A stretch of 64,000 nt of DNA from the human T2T-CHM13v2.0 reference genome, Homo sapiens, in the NCBI RefSeq assembly GCF_009914755.1, contig NC_060926.1. One strand, 5' to 3'. Shown one piece after another: positions 44,042-60,453 of this stretch (position 1 is the stretch's first letter; each line of letters begins with the position of its first letter). The notes under the pieces are model-generated. The model saw only the letters and a list, made by a program, of their open reading frames with translations, was not told the DNA's origin and did no database searches. A program made the translations under genes and the position numbers.

Positions 44042-45302
44042 GTGGCTAACTTGGGACACGAGTGGCTGTGGGCCGGCCATACAGTGGAGGCAAAGTCCAC
44101 AGTCTTGCTAAGTGACTGAACATAGAAAGCAAGGGCAAAAGCAGGATGAAGAGTGACCCACAGGCTTTTGGAGAGAGCAACTGTGCGGTGTTCCACAAAG
44201 AGGGGGAGCCCCTCCTGCAGCCCTGGTTGGTGGTGTCACAGCACTCAGCATAGGATGCTGCCTGGAGGTGATTCAGCTGAAACTCCACTGGGCGTGTGGC
44301 CTCCGAGACTACACCTGGCTCTGCTTAGACAGGCAGTGATGGGGTCCGGATGGGTCTCCAGGGCTCTGCCCAGCCTGTCTGCCCAGGCAGCCCACTGTCC
44401 TTCCAACAGGAGGGTTGGGAGGATGGGTGACAGTCACCTAACAAATGAATTGAGAGGAGGGAGGTCCCTTCAAAAACTGGTCCAAATTCTCATCTTTATT
44501 TTCTCCTCCCACTAATTTCACCTAAGTAGGCAGCAGAGGGGCTGAGTCTTCTTTGTAGCACCCCACTCTCGTGGTGTGTGAGAAGGTGATGGAGCACGTG
44601 TCATAGTGTGTCAGCAGAGGTACACAGTTTCTCTCTGAATTGAAGCATTTTTTTTTCAGACAATGTCACATCAAACACACAAGTACGTCTCAGGGACAGA
44701 GTATGTCCCCAGGGCTGGGCTGAACTGACAGTATTGCTCTTGCAGTACTAGCCGTGGAAGCCTGGCCAGGGCACCAAACTTAGTTGAGTCTTTGTTTCTC
44801 TATTTGGCAGAGTACTTAGCTCAAAGATATCCTGGCTACCTCACAAATTGCTGCTGTTTCCTGTAATTTTATTTTGTGAAGTAAATGCAGAGAGGTGCTG
44901 GTGTGGCTATCACATCGGCATGCACACAGGAGGGGATGAGTAGGAACTGGCTCTTCTATCCTCCCTGAGACTCCTCGTGCTCTGGGGTGTGCAGGGCTGT
45001 GCATTAGGTCACCTGGCTGCTGGCTTCCATGATTCTCCCTTGCACCTGGGTGAAGGTCTTTGGGTTTTTCTGCTTGGCACTACCTCTACTTCTATTCAAT
45101 ACTTCCCGCCATGTTCAGCTTGTGAACTTATGAGACAAAAGTAGGCTCAGTTGCTTTGTTAGAGTTTTGGTGTCAAATAAGGCCAATGAGTCACAAACCA
45201 TCTATAAAATGAGAGAGTAGTATCTTCCTCAGAGGGTGAGGTTGAGGAGCTTGAAAAATGCAGAGTGCAGCCCTTGCCACTTATTAAGTGCTTGGTTTAA
45301 TC

Positions 45303-45834
<532 letters not shown>

Positions 45835-46089
45835 TTAGAGATAACTTTTACTTGTTGAACAACTGACGGGGCATGTTGCTAACTTCACTAAAATCCCATG
45901 AAGGACCAATGAGCAGAAGAGGAAGCCGAAGGCCAGTAAGATCTAGTTCTTTACGCAAGGTCCCAGCGCCAGTCCGTGGCAGAGTTGGGATTTGCTCCCC
46001 TGGCCCTTGTATGGCTGTGGAGTCCCTTCCCATTACTCTTTCTAGTTTGCTGTGCTGTCACTCCAAAGGCTGATCTGATGGGGTCCGGC

Positions 46090-46560
46090 CAGTGAGAGAG
46101 CAGTGCCCAGGAGCCTGGGACACAGGACAAGGGGCTGTGTCGAGGGGAGCAGCTGAGTTTGAGAAGAGTACACAGACTGGAATGAGGTTAGGGCTTCCGA
46201 GCTGGGGCAGTGAGCCAGACAGGGGAGAGTGCAGAGCAGGATGCAGCTGGGCCAGGCAGTTGGGTGGCATCAGAGGTAAGTGCAGTGGTGAAGACTGCTT
46301 TGAGGGCATCTACACCCTCCCCGCCAATCTGCCACTGAAGAACACAGAAGGAGAAGATATGGGAGGGAAAAAAAGGAGAGTTCCAGTTTGGATGAGTTGG
46401 ATTTAAAATGTCTGTGAGGTGTCCCGGTAGATATGACCAGTTTCAACTGGGGACGAAGTCTGAAGCTCAGGAGAGAGGGCTGGGCTGCAGATACCTGGGG
46501 GAGGGCACGATCCCTGGAGCCTCTGGCTCAGCTCAAGTCATCAGCCTGTGCCCTGGATAA
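46090..46560 (-). mobile_element. LINE-2 fragment
   Basis: gagttccagtttggatgagttggatttaaaatgtctgtgagg...gtctgaagctcaggagagagggctgggctgcagata. Confidence 0.6.
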
Positions 46561-46667
46561 GATTCCCAAATCCTCAGTGTGAAACAGGGAGCATGATCTT
46601 GTGGGGTAGAGTGAAGTCATTCATGTGAATCCCTTTGAACAGTGCCTTGCACATGTAGTACAGTCTT

Positions 46668-48461
46668 TAAAAAACAAACAAACAAAAAAAAACAAAGAAA
46701 ACTATTGTGTATACTTGAGGTTTACAACATGATGTTATAAGGATACATAGATAGTGAAATTGTTACTATAGTGAGGAAGATTAACATATCTAATATCTCA
46801 CATAGGGGTGTGTGTGTGTGTGTGTGTGTGTGTGACAAGAACAGCTAAAATCTACTTATTTAACAAAAATCCCTAATGCAATACAGGTTTATTTGCTACA
46901 GTCTTCATGTTGTTCATTAGGTCTCTGAATTTGTTCATCCTACATAACTGCTACTTTGTATCCTCTGACCTACATCCACTCTCTATCCCTCTGCCCTGCT
47001 CTCCCCGTTTGCCCACCGTAACCACTATTTTATTCTCTATCTCTATATGTTTGATTTTTAAAATTACACACATAAGTGAGATCATGCAGTATTTTTCTCT
47101 CTGGTCTGGTCTATTTCACTTAGCATAATGTCATCCCGGTTCATCCATATGTGGCAAATGGCAGAATCTGCTTTTTTTTTTAAAAAAAAAAATAAGGCTG
47201 AATAATATTCTATTGCATATCTATACAACATTTTCTTTATCCATTTGTCCATCAGCAAACACTTAGGTTGTTTTCTATCTTGGCTATTGAGAGTAATGCT
47301 GGAGTGCAGATATATTTATGAGGTGGTGGTTTCATCTTTTTTGGGTATATAGCCAGAAATGGGATTGCTGGGTCATATGGTAGTTCTGTTTTTAATTTTG
47401 TGAGGAACCTCCATACTCTTTCCCATAACGGTTGTACCAATCTGCATTCTCATCAACGGTGTACTAAGGTTCCCTTTTCTCTATACCCTTACCACACTAG
47501 TTATCTCTTATCTTTTTGATAATAGCCATTCTATTGGCTATGAGGTGTTATCTCCTTGTGGTTTTAATTTGCATTTCCCTGTTGATTAGTGATATTGAAC
47601 ACCTTTTCATCTATGTATTGGTCATTATTATGTCTTCTTTGGAAATATATATTTTCAGGTCCTCTACTCATTTTTAAAATCATGTTATTCTGCTACTGGT
47701 CATAAGAGTTCTTTGTAGATTTTGAATATTAACTCCTTATCAGATATGTGGTTTGCAAATGTTTATACCTAGTCAGTAGGTTACCTTATCATTTCACTTA
47801 TTGATTTCTTTACTGTGTAGGAGTTTTTCAGTTTGAGATTGCCTCATTTGTTTTTGCTTTTGTAGCCTGAGCTTTTGGTGTGATATCCAAAAAATTCATT
47901 GCAAAGACCAGTGTCAAGGAACATTTGCCCAATTTTTTTCTTGCCAGAGTTTTATGGTTTCAGATCTTACATTTAGGTCTTTTATTTATTTCAAGTTTAT
48001 TTTTGTGTATAGTGTGTAACAAGAGTCCAATTTTATTATTTTGCATATGAAAATAAGTTTTCCCAGCATCATTTATTGAAAAGACTGTCCTTTCCCTGTT
48101 GTGTCCTCTTAGTGCCCTTGTCAAAACTTACTTGACCATTTAAGTCTGGACTTATTTCTGGGCTCTCTAGTCTGTTCCATTGGTCTATGTTTCTGTTTTT
48201 ATGCCAATTCCATACTATTTGATTACTATGGCTTTGTAATATAGTCTTAAATGAGTAAGTGTAATGCTTTCAACTTTGTTTTATCTTCTCAGTATTGCTT
48301 TGGCTCCTCAGGGTTTTGTGGTTTCAGAAGTATTTTAGGATATTTTTTCTTCTGTAAAGAATGCAATCAGCATTTTTATAGGGATTGCGGTGAATCTGTG
48401 TATTGCTTTGGATTAGTATAGACAACAATATTAATTTTTCAATCTATGAACATGGGATGTC
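46668..48461 (-). mobile_element. 5'-truncated L1MA (L1MA7-9-like), with internal (TG)n at 46808-46833
   Basis: Reverse L1MA 3' UTR; peptide [20 protein letters not shown] at 47252-47440; probable TSD tagta(c/t)agtc(t/c)t at 46656 and 48462. Confidence 0.88.
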
Positions 48462-48733
48462 TAGTATAGTCCTAAAAATATGTTTATGAATGGAAGTTGA
48501 ACTCGATGTCATGTGTGTCATCTCCAAATTTGGTAAAATTTATCTTTTTAGATACAGTGAAATATAACACCAGCCTAAAACTGTCTTGGACCAGGGCTTT
48601 CTGATTAAGACCAAGTGGCTATGATTTGGGTGTTTACAGATTTTACATAGTGTTCATATTCATGAGAGAGGGAAAACAAGTCATCTGAGTGGGTTATATA
48701 GGTTTGGCCTGAAAATTATGTCCTGTTCATAGC

Positions 48734-48826
48734 TAGGTTGACTCTAAAATTTATAATCTAAGCCAGGACGTATTTGTGAATGAAAGAAGAGAGGGCATTT
48801 CATTAATGACCATAGCTTATGGTCAA
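48734..48826. mobile_element. MER81-like (hAT-Blackjack) fragment
   Basis: taggttgactctaaaatttataatctaagccaggacgtatttgtgaatgaaag...tatggtca. Confidence 0.6.
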
Positions 48827-48889
48827 GGAAAGGCATCCTGAAGGATGACAGCTTTGGCAGGGCTGCAGAGCATGTCAGAAGTCCAGGTG

Positions 48890-49310
48890 CCTCATCCCAT
48901 GCCCCTCTTCCTCCTCCCTCCCAGCTTCCTCATTCAGCTCCAGCCGTACTGGCCCTGGAACATGCCCAGGCTGTCACTCTCAAGCCTCAGTGCTCATAGT
49001 TTCCTCTACCTGCTGTGTCTGCTCTCCAATTTGACCCTTCTCACCCTTCTGACCTCAGTTCTTGTATGTCTTCCTGACTCTAACACCTCAGTATCCAAAG
49101 TTGGCTCTTCTGAAGTTCTCACTGTCAGCACACCTCAAGATAATTCCCTCCATGGCTCTTATTGCAATAATTAGCTAATTGTCTTCGTACCCATTTACAT
49201 GTGAAATCTGCAAAGACAATGACTGGTCTCACCTTCATCTTCAGCACCTAAGACTGTGCCTGGAATACAGCTGCCACTCAGTAAGCATGAATCCAAGGAG
49301 TAAATAAACT
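48890..49310 (+). mobile_element. LINE-2 3' fragment
   Basis: cagctccagccgtactggcc...cagcacctaagactgtgcctggaatacag...ctcagtaa. Confidence 0.6.
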
Positions 49311-50549
49311 AAGCAGGGCTCCACAGATGCCCCTTTGGGGATTCTTTGCCTTGAAGGCTCATTGAATCTATAATGGATTATTGATTTAGCGATTTTATGT
49401 TTTCCCATTTAAGGTCAGTGGTCTGTTAAAGAAATGTGTGTGCTTTCCATACCACCTGGAATACCAGCTGCCACCTGAAATACCCAGTTGACCCTCCCCA
49501 CCTCTGCCCGTAGCTAACTTCTGAGGTCTTATTTTCTTTAGGGAGCACTTGCTGATCCTCATAGCATGAGGTTTCTTCTTGGTGCCCTCCTGCCCCACAA
49601 TTTGATAATTTCATTTGCATTTGCCCATTTCAGAGTGCGTCTGCCTCTTCTATTACCTAGATGCTCCTTGAGCTCAGGGTGCTCCTGGCACAGAGCAGAG
49701 CTTAGTCCCTCTGTGGGTGTGTGAAGGACAGGCAGGCTTGCGTACATATGCCAGCAGCCAGGGACACTGATGGAGAGGGGCTTGTAGAGGAAGACCCAAC
49801 TCCACAGGGGATGCATTTGAGCTCATATCAGTTGCAGATGCCAGATGCTAATGGTGGAAGAAAGTTATTCTGAATAAAAGGGCGGTTAACATTCTGCAAA
49901 CATTTTCTGTCTCAGACATGCACAGAGTAATTTTGATGAAACGTGTTGGTTTACTGAACCTTTGGTATTATGCACATTCACAGAAATGCATCTGGACTTG
50001 GGTCTGCCTTGGAGGACTATTGTGGAGGAACGTAATCAAATCACTTGTGAACTCAATATTGCTTTCCTGTGGACCATTTGGATGTGGCTTTAATAAAAAT
50101 GCTTTTCTTCCCCCTCTCTAGCAAATCATTTCTGTGTGCAGTCATGAAATGTTGTTGCACTCCTAGTTTATTGCAGATTTAAATTACTTGGATTATTCTG
50201 TTGAACAGTGGCTCCCCAAAGCACAATGAATCAAATCATTAATTACCACTCGAGTGTGTGTGATCCATTGGAAAGCATTAAGCTCCACTCAGGAGCTCAT
50301 TTCGTGATGATGACTTCTGAGTCAGTGCCTGGGGCCCCAGATCAAATAGAAACTTCCAGACAAGATGTTGCCATTTGCTCCCCTGGGCCTGAAATGATAA
50401 ATGCTGCTGTGTGAGATATACCAGGTGCCCTGGGCTTCCTCATTCTGTCAGATGGGTCCTCTTTTATGCCCCATCCAGCAGGTAGCGAACAAGCCTCATC
50501 TGACACCTGCATTTCCGCACCATGTCTTCCTATTTTGTACTTTGTCCAT

Positions 50550-50800
50550 CCCTCGGTTGACAACAAGGAAAATCAGCTTTCTAAAATGCAAATCTGGTCA
50601 CAACTTTCCCTTTTAAAAATGCTTCATGGCCTTCCCATTGCCCTGGAAGGTAAGTCAAGATCTTCGTCTAGCTGGACTCCTGCTAGGTCTGGCCTCTCCT
50701 GCCTCCCCAATATCATTTCCCACTACTTCACCCCGCCCTGCACTGCCTGCCAGATGGCCCTTCTGGTATCTCCGCTGTTAGGCTTCTATAAACAGTCCCC
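50550..50800 (+). mobile_element. LINE-2 fragment
   Basis: ctttctaaaatgcaaatctggtcaca...ttcatggccttcccattgccct. Confidence 0.6.
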
Positions 50801-51446
50801 ATAGACCACCACCGTTCTTTAAGCAATGGACTTCAAAGCACAGCACTGACATCATTCTGTTCAGGAATCTCTTATGAGGCCTCTGGCAGGTTGAGAGTGT
50901 TGCCCCAGGGCACCCAGTACCCTCTGATTCCCAGGAGCAATCTCTCCCCGAGTAGATAGATACAGCAGTGTGGTCTCGAGGGCACCCCTCACGTGCACAC
51001 AAACGACATGGGTGTCTCATGTAGAACCTGTGAGCTTGTTCTGGGGGAAAATAGGGAGAGGCAGAGACTGTGACAGGGTGTCTTCACCCTGTGTGAAGCA
51101 TGATGTGGCTTCATCATGCTGCTGAACGGGAAGGTGAACCTTTCAGTGACTCAAGAGGTAGGACACCTGCCTTATCTGTGAAGACTCTGGACTTTCTAAT
51201 GTCGAAGGAAAAACTAAGTCGCTTTTGTGTGCTTTGCCTTTACAAATATATTTTTACACACCGTATGTACTAAGTAAAACCATTGTACAGATGAAATGTG
51301 GCCCACTGGCCACTAGCATTTTTTTTCCTCTGGTATGGATGTAGACAGTGAATGAGAAAAGCCACCTACATTGGTGAGCTTATAGTTATTGACCTCCCAA
51401 TGTGATTGTGTGCTTTGAGTTGGGACTGAGGCATGCAGACAGTGGG

Positions 51447-51865
51447 TGTGGCAGGAGCCAGGCCTCTGCTGAATCCGTGCTCTCTCCCTCCTCTTAGGCC
51501 TACATTCAGCTGGATGACTCTTCCCAGAGCTCTTGCAATTGGGTGTAGCCAGGGGACTGAATCTGGCTAATGGCATGGGGTGGAAGCGAACGTGCCCCGC
51601 TTTGACCCTCAGCCCATAGAAACCCATTGTGTTCTCTGTTCTGTCTTCCTTGGCCTGCCCTACAGAGGGTGACACCCAGGATGATGACCTCAGGAGCTTA
51701 TTTCAGCCAGGTTCCCAGATAACTGGGTGAAGCAGAGCCTCCCCTCCACACCCACTCCCTTATTAATTGTACTTTACATGAGCGAAAAACAAATTTCTAT
51801 TGTATGGGGCACTGAGATTTTAGAGTTCTTGGCTTGCAGCAGCTCGTGCTAATGTGACTAATGCA
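51447..51865 (+). mobile_element. MaLR LTR (MLT1J-like)
   Basis: ttcccagagctcttgcaattgggtgtagcca...tacatgagcgaaaaacaaatttctattgt...cactgagatttt...gactaatgca. Confidence 0.7.
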
Positions 51866-52642
51866 GCCTGGCTTCCCCCGACGGGCAGTGACCATGCCCA
51901 GTGGGCCCCAATCCCAGGTGGGTGAGGCTACTGACCGCTTTAGCTCTCACCCCAGAACAGAGTCCTTGGGTTTGGCCTCGAGCAACCCTCAGCCCTAATG
52001 CCCCTTAATGCTGGTGTTGAGTGTTGCTTTCCTCATGGACAAAGGAGGCAAGGGAAGCTGGGCCTGGAGCAGTCGCACACCCCCAGTTGTCTGATGCTGG
52101 ATTCCCTCATGGTCCAAGGCACAACTCAGGAGAAACGATCCACTCTTTTGTGTGTAGCTCTGCCCTCTAATCTATCCACCCTAGATGACCCCAGGGTCAA
52201 TGCACCAGCGGTCACCTATGCCATACCTTTCACTTTCTCCACAGTGTCTTGATTTTTACCCCCATCACCTCTCTCTGATTCTCTGGCTCTGGCCCTGACC
52301 ATGACAGTCACCTCTGACCTCGGGCTTCCAAATTCCCAGGGCCCTTGGGTCCCGCAACTACTTGGCACTTCCCTGGTTTGAGAGTGGGGGATCTCCCACT
52401 CAGCTAATTTCCAAGTGAAATAGAAACCTGTGGGCCTACCCCAGCTGGGCCAGATCCCATCCCCCAATTTTATTCCCAAGGAAGGAGCACACATTGCTAG
52501 CTCTGGAGCCCTGAGTTAGGGAGACTCACCTAAGAGGAGATGAGGGGCTCCTGACAGTGAAGCTACTTTTGCCTCCTCTGCTCCGTCAGCAAGCAAGGCT
52601 CACCACCCAGGACCAATCTTGGACTCTGGGCTCGACCCCTGC

Positions 52643-52722
52643 TGCAGTTGCCTGGATCATGGAGCTCAGATCCCAGGATCAATGCAGCTGCCTGGATCAT
52701 GGAACTCGGATCTCAGGATCTA
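52643..52722. repeat. 40-bp tandem duplication (2 copies)
   Basis: tgcagttgcctggatcatggagctcagatcccaggatcaa / tgcagctgcctggatcatggaactcggatctcaggatcta. Confidence 0.9.
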
Positions 52723-53234
52723 TTCTCGACCCTAGTTATATCAGTTTCCTTCCCTGCAGGGACTAATTCTGAGACAAGAGGTACTAAATGCTTAGCATGT
52801 GGATGCACTTTGCCCTGCCTGTCCAACTACAACCAAATTCCCAAGCAGAAAGGAGACAGGTTGTCCTATGGCCCTGACTCAACCCAGTGGTGGCTAAACC
52901 ACTTTTTATTGAGGGTCATTGATGCAGAAAATATAATCTTAGGTCCATAAGGCAAAAGTAAAACATATATCTCAAATTAATTTACCTAAGCATTATTGAG
53001 AATCTATAAGAGAAATTTGAAATGGCCCTTAAATAATTCAAGCAAATTTTGTCTAACAAACAAGGCAATTGCTTTATTAAATTAGAATCACCACTCATTA
53101 CTTAAGAACACACCCCTGCAGGCAGGAAAGGGGCCTGGATGGTGGGACACATCATGCATGCCCTTTATTCTATGTTGGAATTGCTTGACTTTTTTTAAAA
53201 AATGAGTATTACGTTGTTTTTAAATTAAAAATTA

Positions 53235-53524
53235 GGCCAGGTGCAGTGGCTCATGACTGTAATCCTAGCATTTTGGGAGGCTGAGATGGACGAATTGCAT
53301 GAGGTCAGGAGTTTGAGACCAGCCTGGCCAACATGGCCAGACCCCATCTTTACTAAGAATACAAAAATTAGGCGGGTGTGATAGTGCATGCCTGTTATCC
53401 CAGCTAGTAGGGAGGCTGAGGCAGGAGAATTGCTTGAACCCGGGGGCAGATGTTGCAGTGAGCCAAGATTGTACCGCTGCACTCCAGCCTGGATGACACA
53501 GTGAGACTCTGTTTCAAAAAAAAA
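53235..53524 (+). mobile_element. Alu (AluS), full length, followed by A-rich tract
   Basis: Complete dimer with A-rich linker and tail. Confidence 0.93.
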
Positions 53525-54355
53525 TGCGTAAATAAAAATTGATAAAAGGAGGAAAAAGGGAAAGAAGAAAAATAAATAAGGGAAAACAAAACAAAAAAGA
53601 GAAAAAGAAAGAGCAAATAAGGAGATATTGAGAGTCACAGGAGGCATATTTTACAGGGTCAGGGGAAGAAGGGGAGAGCAGGGAGAGTCAGCAGAGAGAA
53701 GGGGGAGCCTCCTGCCCCGTAGGGCTTCTGTGTCACCCAGCACCTTAGTGAACCAGCACATCTCTTTAACTTCTGTTTATGTTCAAGTCTTCCTTCTGAA
53801 CCTCTGATTTAAAGTCGCAGCCATCTAGAGACCAGAAGTGACTCTCCAGTTTTCACAGTAGAAACCATGGAGGGGCAGGGATCTGGGTGGGGCAAGGAAT
53901 CTAGGCAAAGGCCAGACATCCCAGCTCAAGGAAGGGCTCCATACTTAAAGCAGGAGTCAGTGGGCCCCTGACATTTCCCACCTTCAATTCTTATTTTGCT
54001 CTTTCACAAAGCCATCTGCCAATCAAATAAACCCTATTTCAAACAAGAAAAGACTTCTTGCAAGGGCCCTAGAGTAAGAGGATGCATTAACACACACACA
54101 ATTGGTGATGTGATGCGGATGACACCTGGTCACGGCCTCCCCTGCTGGCCTTGGGTGTACATCCTTAGAAGTCAGTGCTAGCTTTACCTTCTGTGTGTGA
54201 AATAAGCACACACAGTTATTAAACTTGCTTAAAGGCAAAATGAGGGGAGACAGAACAGTGGACTCAGGTAGATTTCTCCACTGGCCTGGTTAATTTGTAG
54301 TCCTCAAAAGTCATGGTGAATAAGGTCTCAGCACTTGAGTTCCTCCTCATTTCTT

Positions 54356-56769
54356 TTTTCCTTTTTTTTAGGCTTGAGGTTATTTTTATAGTTTTTATTT
54401 TTATAATTTTATTTTAGTTTCAGGGGTACAAGTGCTACTTTGTTACATAGGTAAATTGTGTGTTGTCGGGTGATATGGTTTGGCTGGTTATCCACCCAAA
54501 TCTCATCTTGAATTCCCATGTGTTGTGGGAGGGACCTGGTGGGAGGTAGTTGAATCATGGGGGCAGTTCTTTCTTGTGCTGTTCTCGTGATAGTGGGTAA
54601 ATCTCACAAGATCTGATGGTTTTAAAAGGAGGAGTTTCCCTGCACAAGCTCCTTCTCTTTCTTGTCTGTTACCATGTGGGATGTGCCTTTCCTCTTCTGC
54701 CATGACTGTGAGGCCTCCCCAGCCACATGGAACTGTGAGTCTATTAAACCTCTTTCTTTGATAATTTGTCCAGTCTCGGGTTTGTCTTTATCATCAGTGT
54801 GAAAATGGCCTAATACAGTAAATTGGTACCAGTGGAGCTGGACACTGCTGAAAAGATACCTGAAAATGTGGAAGCAACTTTGGAACTGGGTAACAGGTAG
54901 AGGGTGGAACAGTTTGGAGGGCTCAGAAGACAGGAAAATGTGGGAAAGTTGCAAACTCCCTAGAGACTTGTTGAGTGGCTTTGACCAAAATGCTGATGGT
55001 GATATGGACAATGAAATCTAGGCTGAGGAGGTCTCAGATGGAGAAGAAGAACTTGTTGGGAACTGGAGCAAAGGTTACTCTTGTTATGTTTTAACAAAGA
55101 GACTGGGTGCATTTTGCCCCTGCCCTAGAGTTTTGTGGAAGTTTGAACTTGAGAGAGATGATTTAGGGTATCTGGCAGAAGAAATTTCTAAGCAGCAAAG
55201 CATTCAAGAGGTGACGTTAAGGGCATTCAGTTTTATAAGGGAAGCAGAGCATAAAAGTTCAGAAACTTTGTAGCCTGACAATGCAATGGAAAAGAAAATC
55301 CGGTTTTCTGAGGAGAAATTCAAGTCAGCTGCAGAAATTTGCAAAAGTAACGAGGAGCTGAATGTTAATTGCCAAGACAATGGGGAAAATATCTTCAGGG
55401 AATGTCAGAGGTCTTCATGGCCGTTCCTCCCATCACAGGCCCAGAGGCCTAGGAGGAAAACATGGTTTCTTGGGCTGGGCCTTGGGCCTCCCTGGTCTGT
55501 GCAGCCTAAGGACTTGGTACCCTATATTCCAGTCTCTCCAGCCATGGTTAAAAGGGGCTAAGGTACAGCTTGGGCTGTTGCTTCAGAGGGTGGAAGCCCC
55601 AAACCTTGGCAGCTTCTACCTGGTGTTCAATCTGCGGATCCACAGAAGTCAAGAGTTGAGGTTTGGGAACCTCCACTTAGATTTCAGAGGATGTATGGAA
55701 ATGCCTGGGTGCCCAGGCAGAAGTTTGTTGCAGGAGCAGGGCCCTCATGGAGAACTTCTGCTAGGGCAGTGCAGAAGGGGGTCAGAGCCCCAGCACAGAG
55801 CCTAGTGGAGCTGTGAGAAGAGGGCCACCATCCTCCAAACCCCAGAATGGTAGATCCACCAACAGCTTGCACCGTGAGCCTGGAAAAGCCACAGACACTC
55901 AACGCCAGCCTGTGAAAGCCGCCAGGAGGGGGGCTATACCTTGCAAAGCCACAGGAGTGGAGTTGCCCAAGGCAATGGGAGCCCACCTCTTGCATCAGCG
56001 TGACCTGGATATGAGACATGGAGTCAAAGGAGATAATTTTGGAGCTTTAAGATTTGACTGCCCTGCTGGATTTTGGACTTGCATGGGGTCTGTAGCTTTG
56101 TTTTGGCCAATTTATCCCATTTGGAACAGCTGTATTTACTCAATGCCTGTACCCCCTTTGTATTTAGGAACTAATTAAATTGCTTTTGATTTTACAGACT
56201 AATGATAGGCAAAAGGGACTTACCTTGTCTTAGACGAGACTTTTGGTCTGTGGACTTTTGAGTTAATGCTGAAATAAGTTAGGACTTTGGGGGATTGTTG
56301 GGAAGGCCTGATTGGTTTTGTAATGTGAGGACATGAGATTTGGGAGGGGCCAGGGGTGGAAAGGTATGGTTTAGGTGTCCCCACCCAAATCTCATCTTAA
56401 TTCTCATGTGTTGTGGGAGGGACCTAGTGGCAGGCAATTGAATCAAGGGGGCAGGTCTTTCTCATGCTGTTCTCATGATAGTGAATTAAGTCTCATGAGA
56501 TCTGACAGTTTTAAAATGAGGAGTTTCCCCACACAAGCTCCTTCTCTCTCTTGTCTGTTACCATGTGAGACATGCCTTTCCCCTTCCACCATGATTGTGA
56601 GGCCTCCACAGCCAAGTGGAACTGTAAGTCCAGTAAACTTCTTTCTTTTGTAAATTGTCCAGTCTAGGTATGAATTTATCAGCAGCATGAAAACAGACTA
56701 ATACATGGGGGTTTGGAGTACAGATTATTTTGTCACCCAGATAATAGGGTGAAGATTGAAAAACTACCT
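54356..56769 (-). mobile_element. Very short L1 3' end (L1PA13-16-like) with 5' inversion, host of THE1
   Basis: Reverse L1 3' UTR at 54356-54470 and 56706-56745; forward piece agggtgaagattgaaaaactacct at 56746-56769; TSD cctcc(t/c)catttctt at 54342-54355 and 56767-56780. Confidence 0.8.
54471..56705 (+). mobile_element. Full-length THE1 (THE1A/B-like MaLR): 5' LTR 54471-54817, internal 54818-56361, 3' LTR 56362-56705
   Basis: Two ~345-bp LTRs ending taataca; internal starts gtaaattggtaccag; polypurine tract before 3' LTR; TSD tcggg/tgggg; internal ORF fragmented. Confidence 0.95.
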
Positions 56770-57199
56770 CCCCATTTCTTAATAAGGAAATAACCAGATA
56801 ATTCCAAAGAATCTCCTATAGAAAATTGTCTTCAGATTTTGCCATACTCTTTTGATTTCAAAGAACATATGAGAACCTTCCAGGTGTGAAACATCTTGTT
56901 TATAAGCAGTGTAAGTTGCTGGCCATGTGTCTGCTGCTGCCCAATTCCTGCTACTGCTTTCTTGGGAAGCCTAAATGCTGCAGACCCCATGCCCTTTGCT
57001 CTTCGGGAGCTTGTCTGCCTAACAGAAGACAATAAGGATGTAATGAAGGTGGGGCTGAACATGGCCCCGCTCATTATAGAACACAATCTCATGTTTGAAA
57101 TTTTATTATGAGAAATTTCAAATAAATTTAAAAGTAGAGAGAATCTTAAAGATTCTCATCCCTGCTTCAATATATCAAGATATAGCCAACTTTGCTTTC

Positions 57200-57316
57200 T
57201 TTTTCTTTTTGTAGAGACAGGGTTTTTCTCTGTGGCCCAGGCTGGAGTGCAGTGGCATGATCAGACCATAGCTTACTGCAGCCTTCAACTCTTCAGCTCA
57301 AGAGATTCTCCTGCCT

Positions 57317-57323
<7 letters not shown>
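57200..57323 (-). mobile_element. Partial AluJ/FLAM-like monomer
   Basis: gagacagggtttttctctgtggcccaggctggagtgcagtggc...atagcttactgcagccttcaactc...cctgcctcagcctc, then L1. Confidence 0.8.
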
Positions 57324-60400
<3,077 letters not shown>

Positions 60401-60453
60401 TCACATGTTTTATTTATTGGTTTCTCATTCTTTAGAAATGAAAATTATAGTGG

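Noticed and set aside
43203-44080. 201-aa and 156-aa minus-strand ORFs
   Set aside because: Overlap L2-like sequence and the 27-bp minisatellite; no homology recognised
55286-56178. Domesticated THE1 internal ORF
   Set aside because: Split across several frames with stops; ordinary decay
56780-57100. Processed pseudogene between THE1 and Alu
   Set aside because: Neither strand's peptide is recognisable; no poly(A) or TSD
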